Shown here: positions 18,101-25,327 of the stretch, one piece after another
Layout of the letters: the number at the start of each line of letters is the position of its first letter
Numbering within the stretch: the stretch's first letter is position 1
Assembly: GCA_964546505.1 (NCBI GenBank)
Contig: CAZJJZ010000011.1
Span: 5,856-38,834, forward strand
Length of the DNA: 32,979 nt
Direction: 5' to 3'
From: an uncultured Candidatus Peribacteria bacterium
GTDB taxonomy: Bacteria; Patescibacteriota; Gracilibacteria; UBA1369
Position numbers and translations under genes: made by a program
Notes under the pieces: model-generated
Told to the model about the DNA's origin: nothing
Seen by the model: only the letters and a program-made list of their open reading frames with translations
The model's database searches: none

Positions 18101-18714
18101 AACCTCTGCCGCCTGGATATGAGGCGCAGTTCGGTGGTCAAAATGAAACTAACAATGAATCCATCTATTCAATTCTCAGAGCCATGATAGTGGCTTTCAT
18201 ACTGATTATTTGTACTTTGGTAATTCAGTTTAATTCTTTCCGCAAAGCGGTCTTGGTGTTGGTAACCATACCTTTGGCAGTAACAGGTGTGTTCTATGGT
18301 TTCACCTTAATCGGCTTTACACTCAGCTTCCCCTCCTTGATAGGTATTTTGGCACTTTTTGGTATAGTGGTAAAAAATGCCATTATCTTAATCGATAAAA
18401 TCAATCTCAATTTGCGAGTAGGCTTGAATTTTCATGATGCGATTATCGATGCGTCTAAATCTCGTCTGGAAGCCATTTTTCTCACAACAGCTTCCACGGT
18501 TATTGGTATGATTCCAATTACTTTGACAGACGAAACCTGGGAAGGACTCGGGGCTGCGCTGATTTTTGGACTCAGTGCTTCCACCATTCTAACTTTATTG
18601 GTTATCCCCATTTTGTTTAATTTACTATTTGCCCGCAGCGCCGCTCGCGATGCTCGCGTCAAAGCACTCCAACAGGAGTTAAAAGACCAGCAATTGCAAA
18701 CCAAAACTATCTAA
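15193..18714 (+). CDS. RND family efflux transporter permease (AcrB/AcrD/AcrF-like)
   Basis: 1173 aa with two-fold internal architecture: TM1, a large loop, then a TM cluster, repeated. The conserved TM4 region is SLFSLILALGILVDDAIVVV. It lies in an operon with the MFP. Confidence 0.9.
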   Translation: MNSKQSQEHTDSDSLYLSQLEYTPEIGKSFLSFFVHNFRVVILIMISIMIWGVVAFNLLPLESSPEVKIPFGTVSVTLAGASPSDIEELVIDKLEDNIVNLSGVKQVTSTALNSVAIISVEFRAEEDLKDAIRRLRDEVENAKAELPADATDPRVSEVSFSDTPVWTFVITGPYDNFTLRKYAEDIEAELKKISGTNRVDISGGDETEISISFAPQKLQQYGLSMDQVINVIKANNLTLPLGTIELSKFEYGLRVDGKITTAQQLRQLAVSGSNGQVVRLQDIATVVEKAINRKVTNAFSFEGANPQNAVTINVVKKTGASIIALIDQGKAALEKLQQERFPADLKIETTLDFSKQIRDDFTRLEHDGLLTILLVVTILFLFVGLKEAFTAALSIPLVFAATFGLMQLAGVTINFLSLFSLILALGILVDDAIVVVQATKQYLKTGKFTPEQAVLLVFNDFKAVIVTTSLTTIFAFFPLVLSTGIIGEYIRSIPITVSLCLVASTLIAITINHPIAAPLERFRLTKGYFWLMILVLAVIVAATVIGAAAAISAVDTFGIIFNLLIALGALASLGYFLITYRSRWKKVLANNAELKIQEEADPAKIITKIRADHPADPSQLTPFQRYTNGLIKMEKLFPGYERLLNFFINSKLRSFVFLGVIFLVFLGSIAMPVTGLLKSEFLPPADSEILYVNIEGAPGLIQKETQKVVDQVESLLLQEKNIKSFAVVTGSSGVNTSGGFSSASQSNGNRAQFAINLYPEEERPEKIKSYNYAPILRQKLATIKGATIELVEQSGGPPSGADFEARFLGDDLEKLEALANQYKEILAAIPGTVNEKTSLTLSPGEFTFKLNQDKLQLYGLNAAQVGSTLRTAVSGTEITKLLNNGDELEVKAEFDPDSIQDINALHNLVLINNRGESVQLSEIADLEIGSSLTSIRRLNQKRVITLSAGVEAPYLPNEVLTQFQAELAQKPLPPGYEAQFGGQNETNNESIYSILRAMIVAFILIICTLVIQFNSFRKAVLVLVTIPLAVTGVFYGFTLIGFTLSFPSLIGILALFGIVVKNAIILIDKINLNLRVGLNFHDAIIDASKSRLEAIFLTTASTVIGMIPITLTDETWEGLGAALIFGLSASTILTLLVIPILFNLLFARSAARDARVKALQQELKDQQLQTKTI

Positions 18715-18736
18715 AAAACTGTTTCTCTAATTAGCC

Positions 18737-18764
18737 AGGCGGCTCCCCAGGAGCCGCCTTTTTG
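18737..18764 (+). terminator. intrinsic terminator after the RND gene
   Basis: 10-bp perfect stem AGGCGGCTCC / GGAGCCGCCT with a 3-nt loop, followed by TTTTT. Confidence 0.8.
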
Positions 18765-18801
18765 ATGACATCAATTAACCCTTCAATTCTCTTCTACAAT
18801 C

Positions 18802-18810
18802 TGCTATAAT
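18802..18810 (+). promoter_or_regulatory. extended -10 box TGCTATAAT
   Basis: Lies 20 nt upstream of ATG 18831. Confidence 0.4.
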
Positions 18811-18830
18811 CTAGTGATATTACCATTTTT

Positions 18831-19190
18831 ATGACTGAAAAACTGATTTTTACCAGAGAGGAGTTAATCGAAATGATTCGCAAGTCACCTGCTGCCAAAA
18901 GTCTCACACAGCAGCAGATTTTGAGTCTAATACATCAATGTCAGGACAGCAATTCGCCAATCGCACAGCGTATCTATTTGTCTTTAATTACCGAAAAAGA
19001 AAAATACAAAAATCTGCGTCAAGAATTTCTGATCTCTACAAATCGACTTTATTTAGAATATAACCAGAGCCTGGATCAATTGCGTACAACTGCCGTGCAA
19101 GATGCTCTTTCCGAAGTTGAACAAAAAACTCAAGCTGTCGAAGCGGTGGTGGCTCAAGAAATGCTCAAACAAATCAATAATCAACAATAA
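18831..19190 (+). CDS. hypothetical protein (119 aa, helical/coiled-coil-like)
   Basis: ORF preceded by the TGCTATAAT box. It is separated by 2 nt from the next ORF. No motif recognised. Confidence 0.5.
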   Translation: MTEKLIFTREELIEMIRKSPAAKSLTQQQILSLIHQCQDSNSPIAQRIYLSLITEKEKYKNLRQEFLISTNRLYLEYNQSLDQLRTTAVQDALSEVEQKTQAVEAVVAQEMLKQINNQQ

Positions 19191-19192
19191 AC

Positions 19193-19513
19193 ATGTCTTC
19201 TCCAGAAATTTACCGCCAACCCGAAGCCTCCCAACCACCAAAAGACGCCTTGCCAGATCGTACTCAATCTCTCAGTACTCTCTTAAATCAGGAGCCCAAG
19301 CAGTTAGCCCTGGAAATTATTAATAGAATGACATCAACTTTGCATGACCAGCAACAAAAAGCTCGGATTTTGCCTAAGTTGGAAGCACAGATTCATGACT
19401 TGCAGGTACGATTTCGAGCTGATCAGCTCCAGAAAGAGCGACAATACCAAGACGCCTTAACAAAAATTACACAGCAAACTGCAGCAGAGTTAGGCAAACT
19501 AGCCGAAAGTTGA
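19193..19513 (+). CDS. hypothetical protein (106 aa, Gln-rich helical)
   Basis: Starts 2 nt after the previous stop, so translational coupling is likely. No motif recognised. Confidence 0.5.
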   Translation: MSSPEIYRQPEASQPPKDALPDRTQSLSTLLNQEPKQLALEIINRMTSTLHDQQQKARILPKLEAQIHDLQVRFRADQLQKERQYQDALTKITQQTAAELGKLAES

Positions 19514-20653
19514 TTATCTCTTCCAACGTTTTAGCCATTTTACAGCCAAAATAAGCCAGTACCAAATCGGGGCGTAAACTTTTTCCGTGGCCGGTAAATA
19601 ATCCACCCGCTCACCGCCAAATTTCAATTTAAAATCGGTCACACCCGCCCAGGCGTGTTTATTAGTAGCATTTTCAGGTGCTACACCCAAAAAATCATAC
19701 CATTGCAGGCCCCCTTTTTTTGCCTCCAAAATTGCGACCCACTGCAACAAATATGGTGCCATTAAATTGCGATGTTGATTACCTGATGCGCCAAAATAAT
19801 AAATTGCCTCGTTGCCGAAAAAAGTGACTATAATTCCCGCGATCACCTCCCCATCATACTCGGCGAGGTATAATTGGACTTTTTCTTTGCCTAACTCCTT
19901 TATCATTGTTTGATAAAAACCCAAGTCATGACCTGAAAAACCATCTCTTTGTGTGGTTTGCTGAAGCAAACTGTAAAACTTTAGCACATCATCATTACTT
20001 TCCCCACTCCTGACCTGCACTCCCTTTTTTTCTGCCAATTTAATATTATATCTACCTTTTGGTTTCATCTGTGCCAATAACTCTGCTTCGCTGAGTTTTA
20101 GGTTTATTTTTAAAGTATTCTCTGGTTGATGATGAGCATGTGCTTTTCTAAAGCCAATTTTTTTCTGTATGCGCCAAACTCTCTCACCTTCCTTCAATGG
20201 TACGGCTGTTTCTACACGCCAAAACACCGCTTTTTCGGCGTTGGCCAGTTTTTCCACAGCTTGATTTAAAGACAGCCAAAATAATTCATCGGCCAAATTA
20301 CCCACCGGTCCCCTGGGTGAAAACAGCCAGCTTAATTTTTGACTGATCACTTGTTGATAAATCAACGCTCCACCCACAATCTCGCCAGCAGGAGATTTTA
20401 CCAACAACAGCCAAGACTTATTTCTTTTGCCACTTGCCTTTTGGAATTTTGCCCATTCTGTACTTTGATGAATGTCATTAAATCCAGCTAATACTGGTAA
20501 AACACAATTTAGCCCACAGCCCCCTCCACAGCACACCGCTCCGGCGCCGCCGGCGGCTCCTCGCAACTTCAAAAAATCTTCCCATTGTCTCATTTGCTCT
20601 GGCTTGTCAGCAATTTCCACCCGATAATTTAACTTTTTACTGTCGCGATTCAT
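19514..20653 (-). CDS. FemAB-family peptidoglycan bridge-forming aminoacyl transferase (FemX/MurM-like) with Gly/Cys-rich insertion
   Basis: Family-typical segments are STEWAKFQ, KPKGRYNIKLAEKKG, AGIIVTFFGNEAIYYFGASGNQHRNLMAPYLLQW and GVTDFKLKFGG. Confidence 0.8.
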   Translation of the reverse strand: MNRDSKKLNYRVEIADKPEQMRQWEDFLKLRGAAGGAGAVCCGGGCGLNCVLPVLAGFNDIHQSTEWAKFQKASGKRNKSWLLLVKSPAGEIVGGALIYQQVISQKLSWLFSPRGPVGNLADELFWLSLNQAVEKLANAEKAVFWRVETAVPLKEGERVWRIQKKIGFRKAHAHHQPENTLKINLKLSEAELLAQMKPKGRYNIKLAEKKGVQVRSGESNDDVLKFYSLLQQTTQRDGFSGHDLGFYQTMIKELGKEKVQLYLAEYDGEVIAGIIVTFFGNEAIYYFGASGNQHRNLMAPYLLQWVAILEAKKGGLQWYDFLGVAPENATNKHAWAGVTDFKLKFGGERVDYLPATEKVYAPIWYWLILAVKWLKRWKR

Positions 20654-20739
20654 CGAAAATGATCAGAAATAACTTGGCCATAGTATAAACAGTCATGGTG
20701 ATCAGGCAATCAATAATTATTCAAAGTCTCCTTGCCCAT

Positions 20740-20768
20740 TTGCAAAATAGTCAGAATTTTGCTAAAAT
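20740..20768 (+). promoter_or_regulatory. sigma70-like promoter with extended -10 (TTGCAA-17-TGcTAAAAT)
   Basis: TTGCAA lies at 20740-20745 and TAAAAT at 20763-20768, preceded by TGC. It is 34 nt upstream of ATG 20803. Confidence 0.4.
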
Positions 20769-20802
20769 ATACTCGAAAAAGAAAATATTTATTCAAATAA
20801 AC

Positions 20803-21189
20803 ATGAAAACAAACTTCAATAACCTCAAAAAAGCTCTTGCAGTAGCTGCAGGTACAGCATTGCAAACTGGTCACGCTTTTGCGCAGGGAACCGGCTTTAT
20901 CTCAGCTACAGATAACCCAAATAGAATCTCTGCTGCTACTGGAGGTCAAACATCTGCCAGATTATTGGTTTTGACCATTGTCAACTACTTCCTGGGTTTC
21001 TTGGGATTAGTGGCCGTACTAATGATTATTTACGGTGGTTTTCTTGTTTTAACAGCTGGTCAAGATGATGGTAAAGCTAAAAAAGGTAAACAAATTTTGA
21101 CACTGGCTATCACTGGTATTATCATTATCCTTCTTTCCTTCGCCTTGGTTACTACTATCCTTGGTGCAGGTTCCGGACAAGACGCGTAA
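20803..21189 (+). CDS. small TrbC/VirB2-like (type IV secretion pilin-like) membrane protein
   Basis: The start is moved to MKTNF (ATG 20803). It has a signal-peptide-like N-terminus ending AFAQG, then two TM helices separated by a short basic loop (LMIIYGGFLVLTAGQDDGKAKKGKQILTLAITGIIIILLSF). This pattern is common in small pilin-like proteins of CPR genomes, as far as I recall. Confidence 0.55.
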   Translation: MKTNFNNLKKALAVAAGTALQTGHAFAQGTGFISATDNPNRISAATGGQTSARLLVLTIVNYFLGFLGLVAVLMIIYGGFLVLTAGQDDGKAKKGKQILTLAITGIIIILLSFALVTTILGAGSGQDA

Positions 21190-21210
21190 TTCACATCTTA
21201 CAAATTGCAA

Positions 21211-21243
21211 AAACCCACCAGTCTTTTGGCTAGTGGGTTTTTC
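21211..21243 (+). terminator. intrinsic terminator after the pilin-like gene
   Basis: AAACCCACCAGTC / GGCTAGTGGGTTT stem (one C.A mismatch, one G.U pair) with a TTTT loop, followed by a T-run. Confidence 0.65.
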
Positions 21244-21315
21244 ATTGACTTATCATACAATAGGTTGCAATATTCCAGCTAGCCTACTACAATCAATTGT
21301 ATTCTTTTTGTCACC

Positions 21316-22275
21316 GTGCGCCAGAAAACATCCTTGAGACAACTAGGGGTAATCGGTAAATGTCGAGTCGCGGTCATTATTGAAACTGGTTGTGGCGTAC
21401 TGCTGGTGCGGGACAAAAAAAACCCCCGTAAAGATGAGCGCATCAAAGAATTCTCGCACTCCTTTTTGTCGATTTTAGAGAATGTGAACAGCAAAATTAA
21501 AAAGCGTCTTAAACCGGTTGAATTAGAGGATACCACCTCCACAACAAAAGCCAAAATCAGTTATGAAGAACGAGTCAGGGAGATGATCACCGCTCAATTG
21601 GACGCGCGAGAAATTATTTCTGATGGCGTTTACGCTTTGCCTGGCGGATCAGTCAATCCTCAGGAAGAAAACGACGTCGAAGGCACCTTAATTCGAGAAC
21701 TGAACGAGGAGATTAATCTTCAGGTTCATCATCTTTTGCCAATGCAGGTTTTTTACGCCGATGAAAACGATGATCGCACCCACATCATCTATTTAGCTCA
21801 AGTCAAAGGTGAGTTGCGAATCAATCCAGAAGATAGTGTCAATGGCATTGGTTTTGTGACGCCATATGAGCTTTTGCCCAGCAACTACGGCATTTTTTAT
21901 CAAAAACATCTCCAAGGTATTTTCAAAAACTATCTTCGTGGTCCTCATCGAAAGCTTCGTTATGATCAAATTAATCATGAGGGATATAGTTTTTTTTCTG
22001 ATATCAGTATCGGCAGAGACGACTTACAGGATTGGCTGGAAATCGAATCAATCGGACATCGCATCAAAAAAGTCATGGATGGAGAACATCCTCTGGTGGG
22101 GCCAGAAACCATGAGAGTTTGGGATCTTGCCGTCAACGAGGGTATCGTTCAATCCAGTATTCATCCCGCACGTAAATCCAACTATATTCATCATCCCAGC
22201 AAGTTCAGATATTTCACGCCAGCACTACCGGAGAATCAATTACCCATGCAAATTAGGCTTGATGACGCCAAATAA
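21316..22275 (+). CDS. Nudix-like hydrolase with inserted segment and C-terminal extension
   Basis: Nudix-box-like GGSVNPQEENDVEGTLIRELNEEINL, where spacing and the final Gly deviate from GX5EX7REUXEEXGU. GTG start at 21316. 319 aa. Confidence 0.6.
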   Translation: MRQKTSLRQLGVIGKCRVAVIIETGCGVLLVRDKKNPRKDERIKEFSHSFLSILENVNSKIKKRLKPVELEDTTSTTKAKISYEERVREMITAQLDAREIISDGVYALPGGSVNPQEENDVEGTLIRELNEEINLQVHHLLPMQVFYADENDDRTHIIYLAQVKGELRINPEDSVNGIGFVTPYELLPSNYGIFYQKHLQGIFKNYLRGPHRKLRYDQINHEGYSFFSDISIGRDDLQDWLEIESIGHRIKKVMDGEHPLVGPETMRVWDLAVNEGIVQSSIHPARKSNYIHHPSKFRYFTPALPENQLPMQIRLDDAK

Positions 22276-22350
22276 GTTCACAAAAAGTTTGACAAAAACT
22301 CAAAACCTATTAGATTCAAATTAATCAGTTTGGTAAACAAGTGATTTAAC

Positions 22351-23170
22351 ATGGTTATAAAAGATTTGGAAAAGACGCCAGAGCTGTCAACGGGATTGCC
22401 TGAAAAATATCGAAATTTAGGCTTTGTTTTACCCGAATCCCCAGCCAATATACTCGATTTACAAAAACATTTTGCCAAAAATCAACTGGCCACAGTTAAT
22501 CAATGTGATGGTGAAACAAGACATTGTCAGGTTAACGAAATTCAGCAGGCTTACGCCGCGCTTATGCATGATCTGGGAAATACAGTACAGGCATTGGAAT
22601 GCCACCTTAGTCTGGGATTAAACAGTCCTGAGGACTTGGACGACCTGAAGGCAATTACCGGTAGATTACGCAATTCTCTCAATCTGACACTAATAGGCAC
22701 CGTACAAGATTTGCGTGGGCATTTAACCAAAGAACGCTTACCTATCACTAGCAAACTTAATTCTATTGCTAAACAAGCCAAACTCGCTGTCTTGATTCAA
22801 AACGCAAAATATTCGCCAAATTGCGGTTCATCCAGAGCATTTCACTCGCGTTCTGGAGAATCTCTTTTTTAATGCCCAAAAATATGCCACTCACAACGGC
22901 CTTCCTGTCATAGTGAATCTTACCAAAGGCAATCAAGTAGTGGAAATTTCGATTCGTGATTTTGGTCCGGGCTTGCCACTGGATTTCTTTGACATTAATC
23001 CCGGCAGACTTAGCGGCATCCGTCCCAAACAGAGCGGTTTTGGTATTGGTCTCAAGAACGCAACCCAAATTATTACCGCGCATCAAGGACGCTTATTGGC
23101 TTACAATAATTGTTTCATCGATCCCACGATACCCGGGACCACTTTTCTGATTCAATTACCTACCAAATAG
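22351..23170 (+). pseudogene. orphan cytoplasmic histidine kinase split by a frame break (ORFs 22351..22872 and 22796/22913..23170)
   Basis: The H-box AALMHDLGN is in the first frame. The N-box VLENLFFNAQKYA, G1 box RDFGPGLP and G2 box GFGIGL are in the +1 frame, which is open from 22796. Deleting one A from the AAAA run at 22806-22809 fuses the frames. Confidence 0.65.
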
Positions 23171-24103
23171 TTACAGCCCGATTTTCCAGATCCCTCTTTC
23201 CCTAAACGCCGCAATTGTTTGTCTCTTAGCAGCATTCAAAATAGTTTGAGAGCTTTTGCCAACTTCTTTGGCATAATCCACCAGTGGAATGATTTTTAAT
23301 CCCCTCAAGTAGGCAATCCTTTTGTGCAAAGACTCCATTAAGGCTAGACCAATCAACCTAGCTAGGCCCTTTTCATCTTGTCTTTGGTCAAATTGACGCA
23401 ACACATCATAGTACTCCTCTTTATCTTTGTTACGAATGATAATAGGCGGAAAATTTAATTTCATCAGCATAAAATTAATAACCCCCCGCCCCATCCCGCC
23501 ATTACCGTCATTGAAAGGATGAATATGTTCAAACTGTGCATGAAAGCGAGCTATTCTCTCCAAAAAATAGCGATTCAGTGAGCTATGGTATTCTGTGATT
23601 GCTTCGCGCATCAATCCCGGCACTTTCTCCGGCATGGCCGCCACATGTCTGCCAACTTTTACATATTCATCCTTTTCGCGATATCGCCCTGCTATATTTT
23701 CATTGATATTCATCATCAGCATTTGATGCCACAAGAGGATTTGCTCTTCAGAAAGCTCTTCTTTCAATGACTTTTGTCGAATGTAGTCCATTAATCGAGC
23801 CAAGTTTTTAGCCTCAAAAACCTCTCTGAGCGAAACATTTCTAGTCACCTCCATTTCTAACAAAATGCGCTCTGTTTCTTGTAAGGATAATGTATTATTT
23901 TCAATAGCATTGGAATTATAGACACCTTCCGGCATCTCTGTTTCTTCCAACATCAGTAAAAGTGAATCTTTGCCGCTTTTGTACAGCAAAAAATCCTTCT
24001 GCAAATCTCTTAACCGCAATTTTGCTTCTTCTGAAATAGGCATATGAAATAGGTGAATTGATGCTTGTATTGTAACAAATTCACGCCAAATAGTCAAAAT
24101 CAA
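23171..24103 (-). CDS. Fic/DOC family protein with intrinsic inhibitory motif and C-terminal HTH-like tail
   Basis: The Fic loop reads HPFNDGNGGMGRG. The upstream motif SNAIEN matches (S/T)xxxE(G/N). The C-terminus IPLVDYAKEVGKSSQTILNAAKRQTIAAFRERGIWKIG resembles an excisionase/MerR-type HTH. An alternative start is Met at 24043 (MPISEEAK). Confidence 0.85.
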   Translation of the reverse strand: MILTIWREFVTIQASIHLFHMPISEEAKLRLRDLQKDFLLYKSGKDSLLLMLEETEMPEGVYNSNAIENNTLSLQETERILLEMEVTRNVSLREVFEAKNLARLMDYIRQKSLKEELSEEQILLWHQMLMMNINENIAGRYREKDEYVKVGRHVAAMPEKVPGLMREAITEYHSSLNRYFLERIARFHAQFEHIHPFNDGNGGMGRGVINFMLMKLNFPPIIIRNKDKEEYYDVLRQFDQRQDEKGLARLIGLALMESLHKRIAYLRGLKIIPLVDYAKEVGKSSQTILNAAKRQTIAAFRERGIWKIGL

Positions 24104-24134
24104 ATGAATAGAATTGGAAAGAGGCTTAATTTCA

Positions 24135-24431
24135 CTAAGCTTCTTCCGCTAATTCCATTCCCGAGTTGGCCAATACAACTGCTATTTTTGTTCTCATGTC
24201 CTGACCAATCTCTTCCCAAGGAGTCAAAACGCTATAGCAAAGGGTGGGCTGTCTTTCGTTCAATTCGCCGTACGCATCACAGTATTGAATTGCCCGGATA
24301 GTTCTCAGTACGCGGTTGCGATAGTTGAAGAAATAAGATTCAGAAGTCCATTTGATGTCATAAGGAATTACTGATTTTTCTTTTTTGGAGTTATGACCAA
24401 TTAATATTTCATTTGCAGCTTGCATAGACAA
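24135..24431 (-). CDS. hypothetical protein (98 aa)
   Basis: ORF co-directional with and immediately upstream of the Fic gene. It lies 5 nt downstream of the preceding ORF. No motif recognised. Confidence 0.5.
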   Translation of the reverse strand: MSMQAANEILIGHNSKKEKSVIPYDIKWTSESYFFNYRNRVLRTIRAIQYCDAYGELNERQPTLCYSVLTPWEEIGQDMRTKIAVVLANSGMELAEEA

Positions 24432-24436
24432 AAAAA

Positions 24437-24715
24437 TTATTGTTCAGTGGTATGTATCGCAATCTCCAACTCGTCGCCTCTGACATAGGCGGTATTATAC
24501 GCTCGCCAAAAAAGCTCGGGGTAAAGGAAATTAGCTTCTTCAATCTCCATTGCCAGATTATCCAACTGTGCTCGTATTTTGTCCAATAGCTTCTTTCTTT
24601 CCAGCTCGGTCTTTTTAGTTCTGACTTCTTCTAATTGGGCTTTCAAGTTGTCATATTTTGCCTCCAGATCAACCAAAATCTGCTCATCTGCAAGCATTGC
24701 ATTTGTTAAATTCAT
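24437..24715 (-). CDS. hypothetical coiled-coil protein (92 aa)
   Basis: Heptad-like charged sequence LEAKYDNLKAQLEEVRTKKTELERKKLLDKIRAQLDNLAMEIEE. It lies in the same cassette. Confidence 0.5.
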   Translation of the reverse strand: MNLTNAMLADEQILVDLEAKYDNLKAQLEEVRTKKTELERKKLLDKIRAQLDNLAMEIEEANFLYPELFWRAYNTAYVRGDELEIAIHTTEQ

Positions 24716-24771
24716 ATCAACTAAATAGTAATTTCTAGCGCTGCAAAATTTATCGACTTATTTTCAATTAG

Positions 24772-25224
24772 TCAAATCCAATTAGGCGTCAGCTGAGTTA
24801 TTTTCTGACGAACCACCAAGGGAACTTCTTCCAAATTTAAAATATGATTGTTGCTAGAATACTTAGTTTGCAAACGGCCTCTTTTAAAAGTTTCAGTTTC
24901 TATATTGGCCTGTTTTCGCACCAAGGTAGTGGAGGGATAATAAAAAAAATCACTATTAGTCCAGGTTTGTACATGCCCTCGATCATGTGTTTCCTTGATA
25001 GTATGTATTAATTGCCCCAGTGCCAAACGCTGAATGAACTGAATCTCTCGATAAATATTGGCAATCTCTCTATCTTGAAAGATTTGACGTTCTCCGTTAG
25101 CGAGTAAAATATAACTTTTCAATCGAAAATGATTGTCATCACAATCCAAAAATATCTCATTTGAAACCGGCTGATTCTGCTCGCTCAAAGTAAAGGTGGC
25201 AATTAACTTTTCCATATATTTCAA
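24772..25224 (-). CDS. hypothetical protein (147-150 aa), first gene of the Fic cassette
   Basis: The track start at 25224 is TTG, and the first ATG is at 25215 (MEKLIATF). A TGCTAAATT extended -10-like box lies at 25234-25242 on the minus strand. No motif recognised. Confidence 0.5.
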   Translation of the reverse strand: MKYMEKLIATFTLSEQNQPVSNEIFLDCDDNHFRLKSYILLANGERQIFQDREIANIYREIQFIQRLALGQLIHTIKETHDRGHVQTWTNSDFFYYPSTTLVRKQANIETETFKRGRLQTKYSSNNHILNLEEVPLVVRQKITQLTPNWI

Positions 25225-25327
25225 ATATTGACTAATTTAGCACATTGTAATTTATTTTTTATTAATTTCCAGACCATCACACTATCAGCTGTTTTTTATT
25301 TTTATACTGAGCTAATTTACACTGCAT

